Origin: Octopus vulgaris
Taxonomy: Eukaryota
DNA length: 64,000 bases
NCBI GenBank assembly: GCA_951406725.2
Contig: OX597818.1
Location: 102,610,001 to 102,674,000 of the forward strand
Reading direction: 5' to 3'
Each line of letters starts with the position of its first letter. The first letter of the stretch is position 1. The notes beneath the pieces are model-generated. The model searched no databases. It was not told the origin of the DNA and saw nothing but the letters and a program-made list of their open reading frames with translations. This document shows, piece by piece, positions 24,413-38,270 of the stretch. Position numbers and translations under genes: made by a program.

Positions 24413-25668
24413 ATCAATATTTGTTACTTTAGATCTGTCCCAGAAAGTTGAACCCATTATGTAATAATTTATTGGTAAAAATTTGTCAATTTTGGAATGT
24501 AGAAATGAAACAACACCAAATACAAATGCAATAAAAAACAAGAAATTGCAGGTCTAGCTTTTAAACGATCTTATGTAAAACACAAAGCTACACTATTACA
24601 AAAAGCTAATTTATTTCTGCCACCTCACATATATATTGCACAGCACGAATTGAGTAAATCCTACACTACTTTTTAGCATTTATATATCTTTGCAAGATTT
24701 CGACTCTTCACGTTGTGGGCACAATTCTCTCCGGTACTTTCGTAGTCAAGTACTGGGATATAAATGGCGTCCACCAATCAATCTCCTTGAAAGTTTCTTA
24801 CTTTGAGCCTAATTTGAAAATGTTTATTGTATACATTCATTATTTAACATTAACGCGATTTATGGAGCAAAGAAAACTAACATTAGATGCCATTTAAAAA
24901 CTTATATAAAATTTCCTATCTTTTCTATGCGTTCTACATTCAGTTTCAGGTTAAAATTTCTTCAAAGAATTAAAGGTAACTGTATAGAATCAATATTTTC
25001 GTTCTTCAAGTAGAATTTGGTCTATGTATTCTTAAAGACACACAAAACTAACAATGAATGTTAGCCATGAGGTGGAAAGAAAATCTATAATTTTTGAAGA
25101 GATTCCTATATTAGACTGTTTACAAGCAGTGCAGAATCAGCAAAACTGGTGAATATTTCATCTCCTTCCCCGACGGAGGATTTTGTCTAAAACTTTAGAT
25201 TTCTCCCCTAACATCTCTGACTATTATTCATCCAGCATTGCGAACTACATGTAACAAGTAACTCTGTTTAGAATTGGCCGACGAAGAGCATCTCATACTT
25301 TAAGTTTTACACTTTTTCATTTTGAAACTAACAATACGTTGTTTTATCGTATGTTTTTTTTTCTTTTCACTTTAAATTTTTCCCGTTTGACAGCAAACGT
25401 ATTTAACTTGTGTTGTTCTTGTAACGCTCTTGGTTTTGTTGATGGTTTAAATTTTTGTAAAAAGAAATTAAAGTCTTGCTGATATAATCGATTCCAGAAT
25501 TTAGTGCGAAGGTGAAAGCCCGGTTTGACCACAACAATTGACAGCCACGGATTGCTCAGTAATTACCTTGCAATAGGAGATATCAATTACCGTATAAGTG
25601 GATTCAATTCCTATAAGAGAATTCAGATATCGATCATTCTTATCATTCATTTGATATATTGTAGTCAC

Positions 25669-26065
25669 AGGCGTGAATGTGTGGTAAGAAGCTCGTTCCC
25701 AATCACATGGTTCCGTTTTCAGTCCTACTGCATGGCAACTTTGACAAATATCTTTTGCTATAGCCTCGGGCCGACCAAAGCCTTGTGAGTGGATTTGGTA
25801 GACGGAAACTGAAAGAAGCCCGTCGTATATATATATATATATATATATATATCTGTGTGTGTGTCTGTCCCCCCATCACAACTTGACAACCGGCGTTGGT
25901 GTGTTTACGTCCCCGTAATTTTGCAGTTCCGCAAAAGATACCGATAGAACAAGTGCTAGTCTTGGAAAATAAGTCCTGGTGTTGATCTGTTCGACTAGAA
26001 ATCTCTTCAAGGCGGTACTCCAGCATAGCCGCAGTAAAGTGACTGAAACAAATAGAAAAATAAGA
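25669..26065 (+). mobile_element. Family-B SINE, full length, with internal (TA)/(TG) microsatellite
   Basis: tRNA-like head + GGGCCGACCAAAGCCTTGTGAGTGGATTTGGTAGACGGAAACTGAAAGAAGCCCGTCG + tail ending TGACTGAAAC. Confidence 0.85.
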
Positions 26066-27069
26066 GATTAAGAGGATTCTGTCGTATTTCTTTTGATGGT
26101 AAGAATTCGTAAGAAATTGTTAGAATATTAGGTACATTTTAAAAATCCTATTTTCGTCGATCGTTTCACTCCTGGAGAGAATACGATAAATTAGATTGTA
26201 TGATAATATTGTGATATTGTTTCTGCAAGAATTATGCTTTCTTCGTATTTTCTTTGTTGTTGTCACTTGTAAGATAAAATATGTCGATACGCAGACGTTT
26301 TGTACACAAATCATCTTTAAATTGGATAAAATAATAGCTAAGGTGACGATACACCAACAGAAAATATTTCATTAAAGCTATCGAACATATGAGATAGAGT
26401 ATTGTAAAAGGAAATATGATTTTAGTAAACGAAAAGCCAGTGAAAAAACACCTACGTTTTTGTCAAACTAATTATGATAGCAGGAAATTCTCACGCTTAA
26501 GTACAAACACTGTGCCGATTCTTTTAAAATATATACTCCATGTTCGCATTGCTAATATTTCCGATTACCATATTCAACAAAAATATTAACTAGTTTGCGT
26601 TTATCTTCGAATCGAATTTTGATGTGATGCTACTCATGGGTCAGGCAAAATAGAAAGCTTTATTTAGCAGCATTTGTTTACTTCCTAAAATGTCGTCCCA
26701 AAAAGTTTTTCTCTCTATTCAGTATCTTTTCGGTCCAAAGGTAAGACTTCACCGTGTAGTAGACACGTTTGTATTGGCTTCACTTATTGCCTTCTACATG
26801 TGGTTTTGTACATTAGAAATGCTGTAGATAGCGGCAGATGAGTAGATGGTGTTGCTGTTGTTATAATATTTGTGTTTGCAAGAGAGACGTCGTTTTGGAG
26901 ATGGTAACTCGCTACTGAATTTTGCTATTTCGATGAAAGTAATGTTAGTTTTCATGTAACATTTTGTTATTTAGCCAAAGAGCATCGTCTGTGCCAAATT
27001 GGCTTTGGGGAAAATTCCTCCAATTCAGGTCGAATTTGTGGCCTAGATATGGCTTCGTAATTATCATTT

Positions 27070-27270
27070 TTGAATAGGCACAAGACCTGGAATTTATGGA
27101 GAGCGGCGGGACAGTCAATCACGTTGACCTCAGTGCTAGACTGGTACTTAATTTATCAACCCCTAAACGATGTCGAACTCGGTACAATTCGATCTTAGAA
27201 CGTAAAGACATACGAAATACCGCTAGAGATTTTGTATGGTACGCCAACGATTCTGTCTACTCCCCGCCAT
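27070..27270 (-). mobile_element. Family-C SINE, degenerate monomer
   Basis: GGCGGGGAGTAGACAGAATCGTTGGCG...GCGGTATTTCGTATGTCTTTACGTTCT...GGGGTTGATAAATTAAGTACCAG. Confidence 0.7.
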
Positions 27271-27273
27271 CAG

Positions 27274-27363
27274 AATATAGAACACTTCACAAATTTCCGT
27301 GTCATCCTTGCGCATTGGCCATGCTAATCTTCGTTCCAGTCTCAGAATATATATAGTGGAAGC
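27274..27363 (-). pseudogene. U6 snRNA pseudogene lacking the ACAGAGA box
   Basis: Minus strand GCTTC...ATATATTCTGAGACTGGAAC-GAAGATTAGCATGGCCAATGCGCAAGGATGACACGGAAATTTGTGAAGTGTTCTATATT, versus canonical U6 TTGGAAC[GATACAGA]GAAGATTAGCATGGCCCCTGCGCAAGGATGACACGCAAATTCGTGAAGCGTTCCATATT. Confidence 0.9.
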
Positions 27364-29047
27364 TATTACAACATAAAATTATAGTAATAGTAGTAATTAT
27401 TTTGAAAACAGTATTACTAGCGACTCCAACATCGCAAATATATTCATTTTCATTTTTACGATATTTATTGAGACCATATATATTCCAGCATCCATTATAT
27501 GATATCCATTAACTTTAATCTTTTTACCGCTTTAATTTGCCTCCATCTAACTTGTGTTTTTCCTCATTTGTTGGATTTTACTAACCATTACTTTTTGTAA
27601 ATTTTAGTTATGATTTTTGCTTTCAATTTCCTTTACATCCTCGTATAAGTTTCTAATAAAATAGCATTTATTCCACCTATTAACACTAATGATAGATAAC
27701 TTTCATATAAGAGCCCATTATACAGCATATATGAAGTTGATCTGTACCTGTATATAGTCCTTTCTCCTAATTATTTTCTGTCTTCATCCTCACCTCTATT
27801 TTTTATTCATGTATACCTACGATTTTTTCTTCTCTGTACAGCAATTTATTATTTTACCTACATCTTACTTTCCATTTGGAACGCGTAGCTCTCTTCATCC
27901 CTTCATTCTGTATTTCTATATAGTTCTGCCTCCCAAGATGAAACTGTAACACAATGATTAATGAATCAAATCTTCAATATAGTTATATATTCCAGTATTC
28001 TTAAATACATACAATTTTCTTCTTTTTCTTTTCGTCTGAAGCATTAGAAAACCCATAAATTCTTATAGACATACATTGACCCTTTCTTGGACATTCGATA
28101 AACTCAATTATAAATTCTATCAATCGTTCAAATTTTTATTCATTTCCCACAATATATAGAACAAAACAACTGGCCTATTGTTATGAAACAGTTTATACTT
28201 TAATCTTTTAGTTTTCAGCTCATTCTGTTAAATGTAATGGCTTTGCATTTACATTGTCTGTAATTAATCAGGCATTATTTTGAGGCTTTGAATTATGATG
28301 ATGTGATTATATAATTTAAAACGGCATTGTAAGGTAAATGAGATCTGCAGGCTAGAATATAAATCGAGTAACATAGTAGGGCCGGATATGATTTTTAATT
28401 CGTTTATTTATTAACATACAACGCAGCTATGCGAATTAGATTAACAACAATAATGAACCAAATTGTATTGTTTTTAACTTTGTTTTCTTTCACATTTTGC
28501 ATATATTAACTTCTGTCGAACTAAAACTCAAGTATTCAGTCCTGAAAAGAAGTAAAGGTTAAAAACTCACATCAATCATGAATGACAATGGGATTGCACC
28601 TAGAAAGTTCCCCCACCACCACGAGGTACAAGTTGGGGCAAGGTTGTTTATGGAAGATCAACAGCCGCCCATGCATACCAGTCTCCACTTTCTCCTCTCC
28701 AAGGGAAAGGCAAAGGCCGACACAGATTGGAACCATTCACCTCACAACTCATTTCTCCAACTGAGCGAACTGAAGCAACGTGAAATAAAGTCCCTCGCCC
28801 AATAACACAACACACAGCTCGGTCCGAGAATCGAAGTCACTCCCTGGTACGCTAACTACTCAGCTGATTTGCCCCATGAAAAGATGTGCCCAAATCAAAC
28901 AAAAAGTAGGTCTTTATGTCGTCTTTCAACCTGCTAGAAATAACGACCAAATCTTCGTGGAATTCATCATTAGGTTTACAAAAGCACATATTGTAATTTG
29001 CTGTTCTTATAAAGGGCGTTGCAATGTAAGAATATTCAGAACTATAA

Positions 29048-29191
29048 TTACTACTACCACTACTACTACTACCACCACCACCACCAAAACCACCTCCACC
29101 ACCACCATTACTACTATTACTACTACTACTACTACTACTACTACTACGACCACTACTACTACTACCACCAAAACCACCACCACCACCACCA

Positions 29192-29227
<36 letters not shown>

Positions 29228-29228
29228 T
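29048..29228. repeat. (ACT)/(ACC) compound microsatellite
   Basis: Direct reading of the sequence. Confidence 0.95.
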
Positions 29229-29525
29229 AATCAATTAGTTAAAAAGCTTCGTTTCCTTATAACTGAGGTCAAAACTGCATGGATATTTAAAATGTATGTA
29301 ACCGGCCACCGACCCATTTTCACCCACGGACCCGTTTCATGCAAGACAGTTTATCCACAGATGTGAGGCTGAGTAGTACGAGACACAACAAAAATGCTTA
29401 ATATATAGTTTCATGATTGTATATGTAGTACATCCATGCTACACATATTATTCATATATAATGCATAAATACTGTTGACTGTATTGGTGAACAAAATAGA
29501 AATAGAATTTAAAGATTTATACTTT

Positions 29526-30327
29526 CTTATTTCTTTGCTGCCCTCAAGGGGCTAAACATAGAGGGGACAACTAAGGACAGAAAAAGAGATTAAGTCCATT
29601 ACATCGACCCCAGTGTGTAACTGGTGCTTATTTAATCGACCCCGAAAGGAGGAAAGGCTAAGTCGACCTTGGCGGAATTTGAACTCAGAACGTACGGCAG
29701 ACGAAATACCTATTTCTTTACTACCCACAAGGGGCTAAACGCAGAGAGGACAAACAAGGACAAACAAACGGATTAAGTCGATTATATCGAAATCAGTGTG
29801 TAACTGGTACTTATTTAATCGACCGTGAAAGTATGAAACACTGAGTCATCCTCGGCGGAATTTGAACTCAGAACGTAGCAGCAGACGAAATACCACTAAG
29901 CATTTCGCCCGGTGTGCTAACGTTTCTTGCTTCTTTATTACCCACAAGGGGCTAAACATAGAGAGGACAAACAAGGACAGACAGAGGGATTAAGTCAATT
30001 GCATCAACCACAGTGTGTGAGTGGTATTTATTTAGTCAACCCCGAAAGGATGAAAGGCTGACTCGTCGGAATTTGAACTTAGAACATAAAGACAGACGAA
30101 ATAACTATTTCTTTACTACGCACAAGGGGCTAAACACAAGAGAGGACAAACAAACGGATTAAGTCGATTATATCTACCCCAGTGCGTAACTGGTACTTAT
30201 TTAATCGACCCCGAAAGGATGAAAGGCTAAGTCGACCTCGGTGGAATTTGAACTCAGAACGTAAAGGCAGACGATATACCACTAAGCATTTCGCCCGGGG
30301 TGCTAACGTTTCTGCCAGCTCGCCGCC
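29526..30327 (-). mobile_element. Family-C SINE tandem array (~4 units of ~180-220 bp)
   Basis: Head GGCGAGCTGGCAGAAACGTTAGC at the 30327 end; repeated body GAGTTCAAATTCCGCC.AGGTCGAC...CCTTTCGGGGTCGA...AGCCCCTTGTGGG. Confidence 0.9.
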
Positions 30328-31544
30328 TAAGATTTTTACTTTCTAAAGATTTATACTTTCTGTACCTGTACGGCCTGGTATCAATTGATCCCTGGTCCGA
30401 TACTAGTCGGCGAGCCGGTCGGTGTTGACCTCTCATATATATCGCGTTATCTCTCTGTTCTATGCTCTATATACGCCTTTCTCTACTGATGTAAATGTAA
30501 CGCTATGAACTCTCATGACCCTCTTTTGATATAGATATTGGATTAATGATACATTATGAATTGTATTCAAACATATACACTTATTTTCGAAATATTAGAA
30601 GGAACTGAGTAATATATATTTGTGTGTGTGAGTGTGTGTATGTATAAATGTATATGTGTATGTATGTATATGTATATATATTTGTATATATGTACAAAGA
30701 GAGAGAGAGAGAGAGGCAAAGAAGGACTCACATATACATACGTACGTACATGCACACACATATACAGATAATATTTAAGTTTATCAACTTTGTTACAACC
30801 TAATATTTCAGAATTAGATTCTAGAGGGATTGAAAATGATATTATGTTGCGAAACGAACACAAACATAGTGCAAACACGCTAAATAGTAGAAAGCATCGC
30901 CCTAAAATCTGATATAAAGCAATAATAACAGTAATTGTAAAAGCTAAAACAAATATTTGTATAGAAATAAAAAGTAAAGTAACGCTATTGTCGTACGGAA
31001 TAAAAACAATCTTAATTTCTAAATATTTTAAACATAATATCAGTCGCAATAAAACGCTTCAGTTTATTTAGATTTAGTCATGTTAAATAGCTGGGATATG
31101 GTTCCAAAGCGTATTATATCGATACTAAGTCTTTCTAAATAGGTCTAGAAAGGGAAAACTTAATCGAATCCTGCCTAAAACTAGATAGAATTATCAAAAA
31201 TATTGGTTCTAATTTGATTTCACGTACTTTGATGGCGACCTATCAAACAGCATTGCGAAACCGCAATGTTCGTTTTCTATATTCCAAGCTTTTAAATAGC
31301 CTTTTTTTACGACGTAAATTTATACTAGTTTGTTATCTTCATAGACGAACAGGTTCCGGATACCATTATAGAAATAAATATTACAAAATACAAGGATCAA
31401 AGTACAGATATTGTCGGAATATGTGTGGCGTTCCGTTCGATATTCCATATTACTTTCCAGAAACTAGAGAATTGCTCCCAGGGGATGGTAGTATTGGATA
31501 TCTAAACACTGTTTATACACATATACACGCGCACGCCTGTACAG

Positions 31545-31584
<40 letters not shown>

Positions 31585-31607
31585 TTATACGTTTATATAT
31601 ATACTTA

Positions 31608-31663
<56 letters not shown>

Positions 31664-31667
31664 CGCT

Positions 31668-31720
<53 letters not shown>

Positions 31721-31902
31721 TATTTATATCCATACATTATATATGAATATGCACAAGTTTATATGTATATGTATATACATATTTGTATGTGTGTGTGTGT
31801 GTGTATGTATATATATATATATATAATTACTCTCTCTATCTCAGTCTATCTATCTCTCTTTCTATCAACCGACCTATTTATCTATCTATCTATCTATCTA
31901 TA

Positions 31903-31949
<47 letters not shown>

Positions 31950-32030
31950 CATACACACATAATAGCTTATGTTTGCATGCATAAATATGTAAACGCGTGT
32001 GTGTGCATGCATGCATATATATATACACAT

Positions 32031-32087
<57 letters not shown>

Positions 32088-32599
32088 ATACCCATATATA
32101 CAGGCATATGCACAAATATACATTATTTAGACGTACATATATATATATAAATATATACATATAAATATATAGATTATTATACACACACTCATGATATAAT
32201 ATATATAAGCTAACTTTCGATAAAATAAATATCTATCGAGAAGACCAAAGGATCTTCGTGTTACTAAATTGATAACGTCAGATAGTTCAGCAATAAATTC
32301 GAGGTTGCTCATGAGGTCATCTCAACCAATAGCCACAAATTCACATACACATCAACCACACGTGCATACACATACAAACTCTCACGCATACGTACACACA
32401 CATTAATATACATCTGCACATATGTCTTCGAGTATGTATCTATATCCATTTGTGAGTACGCGCTATCAGACTTACACTTCAGGCATTTGCAACGCTTTCA
32501 TTATATAACGATTCAGAATTTAAAGAAATATTTATCATCCTACCTCTGATGTAAAATCAAACTGGAATTCATTATCTGCGCTTTTTCAAAGATTGGACT

Positions 32600-34056
32600 G
32601 CATAAAGTCTGTCTTTTCAGTCATCGGCTTTTTCCCTTTTCACAGTTAAATGGCTGGACCAATGTTCACGATGTTTTGCGGGGTTCCAAATGAGGTAATC
32701 AGGGAGGTTTTCAGCGAAATAAATGTGAAAAAGTATGATTATTGAGTGGATATTGGGTTTTGTATTAATAAATAATCTTCCATTTATTTTTATTAAAATT
32801 CTGGCGACGAGAATTAACTCTAAATCCCACCCCAAACCCCGTATAGTTCGTGAACTTAGAGGCTTTAGATTTACAATATTATCACCTTATTTCCCATCGC
32901 AGATGGGCAGATTTGCTGTCTTCTTACTATAATGGGCAGAACGTCCGTCTGTCTGTCCGTCTCTTTGTCTGTTTCCTCTTCAGGGCTAGACGGCTGGACC
33001 AATGGTTACGATATTTTTCGGGATTGCAAAGACAATCGTCAGGAAGGGTTTTTAGCATTACAAAAAATTAGAAAGTACGGTTATTTCTTGGATATCGATT
33101 TTTGAATTAATAAAACACCTTCGAATTTTTATTAAATATTCCCCAACTACAAGTAACTCTGGATTTTCATCGTATAGTTCGTGACCCATTGGAGGATACG
33201 AAGGGGGTTACAAGGACGGTTAATAAGGAAAATGAAATGGAAAGGTGTGTCAGTCTATAGTGTGCGTGATTATTCAATGGTTATTGAAGTGTTTTTATCT
33301 CGAGCAGGATTCGAAACGGCAAATCGAAGCAGCTGTTGTTTACATCTCATTTTCGTGAATGAAATTAACACATGATACCGGAACATCTAGACATTATTCG
33401 CATACAACAGTGGGAGGTAAATCTTAGTTTGATATTTTGCAACCCTATTCACAGCAAGCAAGGCACAGGGCCAGACTTTAGATAGTGTAGGTGTATTTTT
33501 ATTCCCTCCTGTTTACACGCAGCCGATTATACGTCGAGCAATGGATTCCAGTAATTAGAACATTAGGGTTGACCAACAGAAAATATTGTCAACAAAGAAG
33601 TTTTGTAATCATATTGATATTATCGAAAGAAATATGAATCATAACTTGAAGAAGGAAATTTGTGAGATTTGAATGTATATGAGAATAAACAAGCGTAAAA
33701 TAGTGTAAACAAAATAAAATAAAAGTATATCTAATAACATTTTTTTCTTAATAATGTTTTATGTAGTGGTTAACGGAAGCTCTGGCTTTCGTTAGGAGAG
33801 GCCCACATAACAATTCATAATAAAAATGCTGGGAGCCTATTTCAGATCGGGTGTGAATCGTCATCACATGTCTCTTAATCGCAAATACATGTCATATAGC
33901 TACAACAGAATGCTGTATCACCAACAATAATGTGATTCCTCTAAGACATCACCCAGTTATCTACCAAGTCCATTTACACATTTTTCGATACATACTGCTG
34001 TTATGACTTCCTTCTTCCATTTTATGCCTCCGTCGTAGATGGGTAGATTTGCTTGT
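32600..34056 (+). mobile_element. Putative tandem non-autonomous Helitron-like elements (~32600-32918 and 32919-34056)
   Basis: Two related subterminal hairpins (CCCATCgcaGATGGG 32893-32907; CCGTCgtaGATGG ~34030-34042), each followed by AGATTTGCT(T)G. The second unit starts TC...CTATAAT...GTCTGTCTGTCCG. Both units share an internal GGCTGGACCAATG block. Confidence 0.45.
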
Positions 34057-34247
34057 ATTAATAATCACAAAGACAACTCATAATTAAAAAAGGTTAATTG
34101 ATAGCCTCTTGGTTCCGTAATTCATTCTATTGGCACCAACATGGAAATATTTTTATTCTACCCTCAATTTACACAGACAAAGTAGAACATACTAGGGGTA
34201 AGACCTGTAGAAGCCGGAGGAGTATTGTATATATATATATATATTGG

Positions 34248-34397
<150 letters not shown>

Positions 34398-34869
34398 TAC
34401 ACACATATGTGCATGTGTGTGTGTGTAATGCGGTAATCCTTCAACAAATCGAAGAACAATTGATCAGCTAAGAGAGTAAAGATAATCTAAGTTAAAAACC
34501 ACAAATCTTGCACTCACAACTACCCAGGATTTCCTGGTCGAAATAATGATTTATTTATTTATAACGTTTAACAAAGAGACGCTTGTAAAGTAGAAGGAAA
34601 AAAATAAAAACACTAGGGAGGTAGCCAACGTTACAATTAAGCTTATGTGAAGCAGACGTAAACCAAATGTAAATAGTCTACGAAGCAGCTTGAATAACGG
34701 AAAAAGTAAGCAACTAATGTAAGTGTTGCAAGACGCAACGGAATTTTAGAAAAATTAGTAAGTGAGTGGAAATATTACCGGTGACTGTATTAAATTATAA
34801 GGCACTAAAAGAGTATGAATCTCTCCAGAGACAACGGAATATGCTTCAACACACGAACCCTAGTCCTGA

Positions 34870-34934
<65 letters not shown>

Positions 34935-35240
34935 TTCAGCAAAACAATTTAGATTCAAATGAATATGGTACTTAATTTAGATGCACCAGAATTGTATCAT
35001 GGCATTACCCATAAAATTATGTGGGGTGATTATATCCCAAAAATAAGCAACAAGAAATTACCGGATCCATTCTTGTTGCTTATTTTTTGGTTATATATAT
35101 ATATATATATATATATACATACATATAAATATATATACACATGCATACATATGTATACACATACGTATATACATACATATACATACATACATACAAACAT
35201 ATATACACATATATATATGTGTGTGTATGTGTGTGTGTGT

Positions 35241-35290
<50 letters not shown>

Positions 35291-36509
35291 ATGTCTGTAT
35301 TTATGTTCAGCTACAAAAATAAATTTGTTTTTATCTGAAGGGTAATGCATACTTTTGCAGGGTACAAATGTATTATTTCCAAACAGGAATAATATTCACA
35401 GTGACTTCGAGGTTTCCAGCTGCTTGGCTTTGAAATTTGCCAAAGCAAGTCCAAGGAAGCCAATTAATAAGTAAAACAAATGCCAAATCCACTGACCAAA
35501 AATTCCTCTACGTACTTCGTTTGTATAAACCACAAAAAGAGAATCTCATGACCTTAAGCTGACACCTGTTCACAAAGTTTTAAACACATGAATATATTCT
35601 GAACAATAATATAACCGCAAATGTAATCAATAAAAAGCTTGCCACTGTACTTATGCATCACAACCGGCTCTTCAACCTAATTATTATTCAACTGAACACC
35701 ACAAACCCCAGAAATATTTTATCTCGACGGAAACTATAAAAAAAGTATGATTAACATATTGCATACTAGTTTGCTGATGATTGTTTAATTGGCCGAAACA
35801 TTGAAGTCTCAGTGAACCCCTATTCTTCTTAAAGAATAATATATGTCAACACACACACACACACATACACACAGATAAAACTATGTAGTTTGATAGAAAA
35901 CGAGGGGTACAGGAATTTGTATATATGAATATGTACATTTAAATGTAAGTCTGTATGTATAAATGAATGAATGTATGTATGGATGGATGGATCGGTGGAT
36001 GGATCGATAGATGAATGGATGCATGCATGGATGGGCGGATGGGTGGGTGGATCGATGGATGGATTGATAGGTGCGTGGGTGGATGGAAGGAGGGAGGGAT
36101 AGAAAGATACATGCTGTTAATATTTTTTCTAGCACATCTCATGTAATTAGACACACCTTTACGGATGGGATTTAGGTTCGTGAGAGGCTTCAATCGTTCA
36201 GTAATCAGGACTCAGCTTAGCACTAACCCATCATACATTCGTACATCATAATCTATAGCCTCGTTAATGAAGGTACCTAAATTCAATATTTTCCACCTAG
36301 TGCAGCACTACTCGGAGAGCGACGTTTACAATGATAATCTCTTGTGCATTCTCATTATTTGTTTCTATACGCTTGTGGATATTAAGAGGCGGGAAACATT
36401 TTCTTTAAGATGGGTCTTGCACATACCGCAAATTGCATGTATCAGTACACTTCTGTCAGAAAGACACTCGTTCACAATTAAATACAAGTAAGTGGATTAA
36501 CATATCAAC

Positions 36510-36925
36510 CTATGTCTTTACTACCCACAAGGGGCTAAACACAGAGAGGACAAACAAGGACAGACAAACGGATTGAGTCGATTATATCTACCCCAGTGCG
36601 TAACTGCTACTTATTTGATCGACCCCTAAAAGATGAAAGGCAAAGTCGACCTCGGTGGAAATTGAACTCAGAACGGAGCGGCAGACGGAATACCTATTTC
36701 TTTACTACCCACAACGGGCTAAATACAGGGAGGACAAACAAGGACATACAAACGGATTAAGTCGATTATATCGACCCCAGTGCGTAACTAGTACTTATTT
36801 AATCGACCTCGAAAGGATGAAAGGCAAAGTCGACCTTGGCGGAATTTAAACTCAGAACGTAACGGCAGACGAAATACGGCTACGCGTTTCACCCGGCAGC
36901 TAACGTTTCTGCCAGCTCGCCGCCA
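36510..36925 (-). mobile_element. Family-C SINE, two-unit array
   Basis: Same head and body as 29526-30327. ATTAACATATCAACCTAT occurs on both sides (~36496 and ~36925), consistent with a target-site duplication. Confidence 0.9.
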
Positions 36926-37179
36926 TTAACATATCAACCTATTGGATGGCTGTTGTTTTCTGGAGTTTAACTTCCTTTTGCCTATTTAATGTTTAACATT
37001 TGAGGATGTTCACAAACCGTTTTGCCTGCCATGTAAATTTTCACGATACCCTTTTTATCACCAATAAGCTGATCATGCGACTGAGTTGCTTGTAGCGTTC
37101 AAAAGTGAACTATATCAGTCGCCATGATAGATCGGTAGCCACTACACACATTTCTCTCTCCTTGTTTCTTTCTGTGATC

Positions 37180-37215
37180 CTTTCTGTAGAAGAGCGTTGG
37201 CTCGAAACGTAAAAG
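37180..37215 (+). ncRNA. Hammerhead-like motif variant in a probable PLE terminal-repeat fragment
   Basis: CTTT-CTGTAGA-A-GAGCgttgGCTC-GAAA-CG-TA-AAAG. Stems I and II and the ACGT palindrome are intact; core A6 is replaced by U. Confidence 0.55.
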
Positions 37216-37779
37216 ACGTTTTCAATTCTTGAGCATTATACTAATACATCTGTTTGTTTTCTACACCACCTGTCTTCGTCTGTTGTTTTTTTCGTGAATT
37301 CTCCCCATATATCATATTTAACTCAGTTATATTGCAGAAAGATTTGAAACTGCAGTATTTGTCCCAAGAGAGCATCTTGAATAATGCTAAAAAGCACGGA
37401 AATATATTATCAACTAAAGAAATTTGTCTAAAATTGGTAGTGGAATTGTTAATACATTTTTCCTTTTTTTAATTCCATTTTTTTTTTTTGTTTTTACTGA
37501 TATTAATAGGAAGTATTCACAACGAACTGCATGCTAAGGCAAATAGGTGTGTATCTCATGATTTAATGACGAAAATGTTTACTTCAATTAAAAGACAAAT
37601 TTGCAGTGTTGTGTTATGTCCAATTATGTAAAGATTGATTTGATTTTAATCCTTTCCTAGATCGATAAAACAAGTGCCAGACATGGTACAAGATATGCTA
37701 AAATCGACAAAATATATTGAATGTGGTGACCCAATTAATGTAGTTCTTCGAATGAAATAATTCAAAGAAAAACATAAAG

Positions 37780-38270
37780 AATGAATGTCGGAATCGGAAG
37801 ATAGATTGTATTTAATGGATTCTTTCTAATTCATACCAGACAACTGGTTGTTTCTTCGTCATTATCTGAAGATATCAAATGAATGATATCGTTTCCATTG
37901 AGATCTAAACACTGTAAAATATTCAAGTTTTTTGTTGTTATTGCTTCCCACTCAGACGTCGATGTATGTTTTCCATAAACAGGAGGGACAGTGTTAATAA
38001 TGTGTCCATTCAGTTCGTTAGGTATGCCACTTCATACCATTCTGAGTAGGTTCTTCTTTCTACTGAGAGTGCCAATTCTTCTTTTCATAATAGGTAAAAT
38101 ATAGAATATAAAAGATATCCGTCGTCTCTGAAGACTATATTTTTGGTTTCTTACACTATATATCTGTCTTTGCATACAATTTGTGGTCTCGTGAAAATGT
38201 AAGTGATCATTATTATTGATTTTTCACTGTAGACACTCTTAACTTAATTGTCACCTACGTCTTAGACGAA
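37780..38270 (-). mobile_element. Highly decayed LINE RT remnant (CR1/L2-like)
   Basis: Scattered SGIP- and F.DD.K-like motifs in the correct order on the minus strand; many stops. Confidence 0.35.

Noticed and set aside
27420-28200. Possible ancient LINE RT remnant (also 43450-43800 and 51200-52900)
   Set aside because: Only faint motif echoes (e.g. PKYLG near 43690); too decayed to support by eye.
29526-30327. CRISPR-like repeat array
   Set aside because: The units are ~180-bp SINE bodies without unique spacers, in a eukaryotic context with no cas genes.
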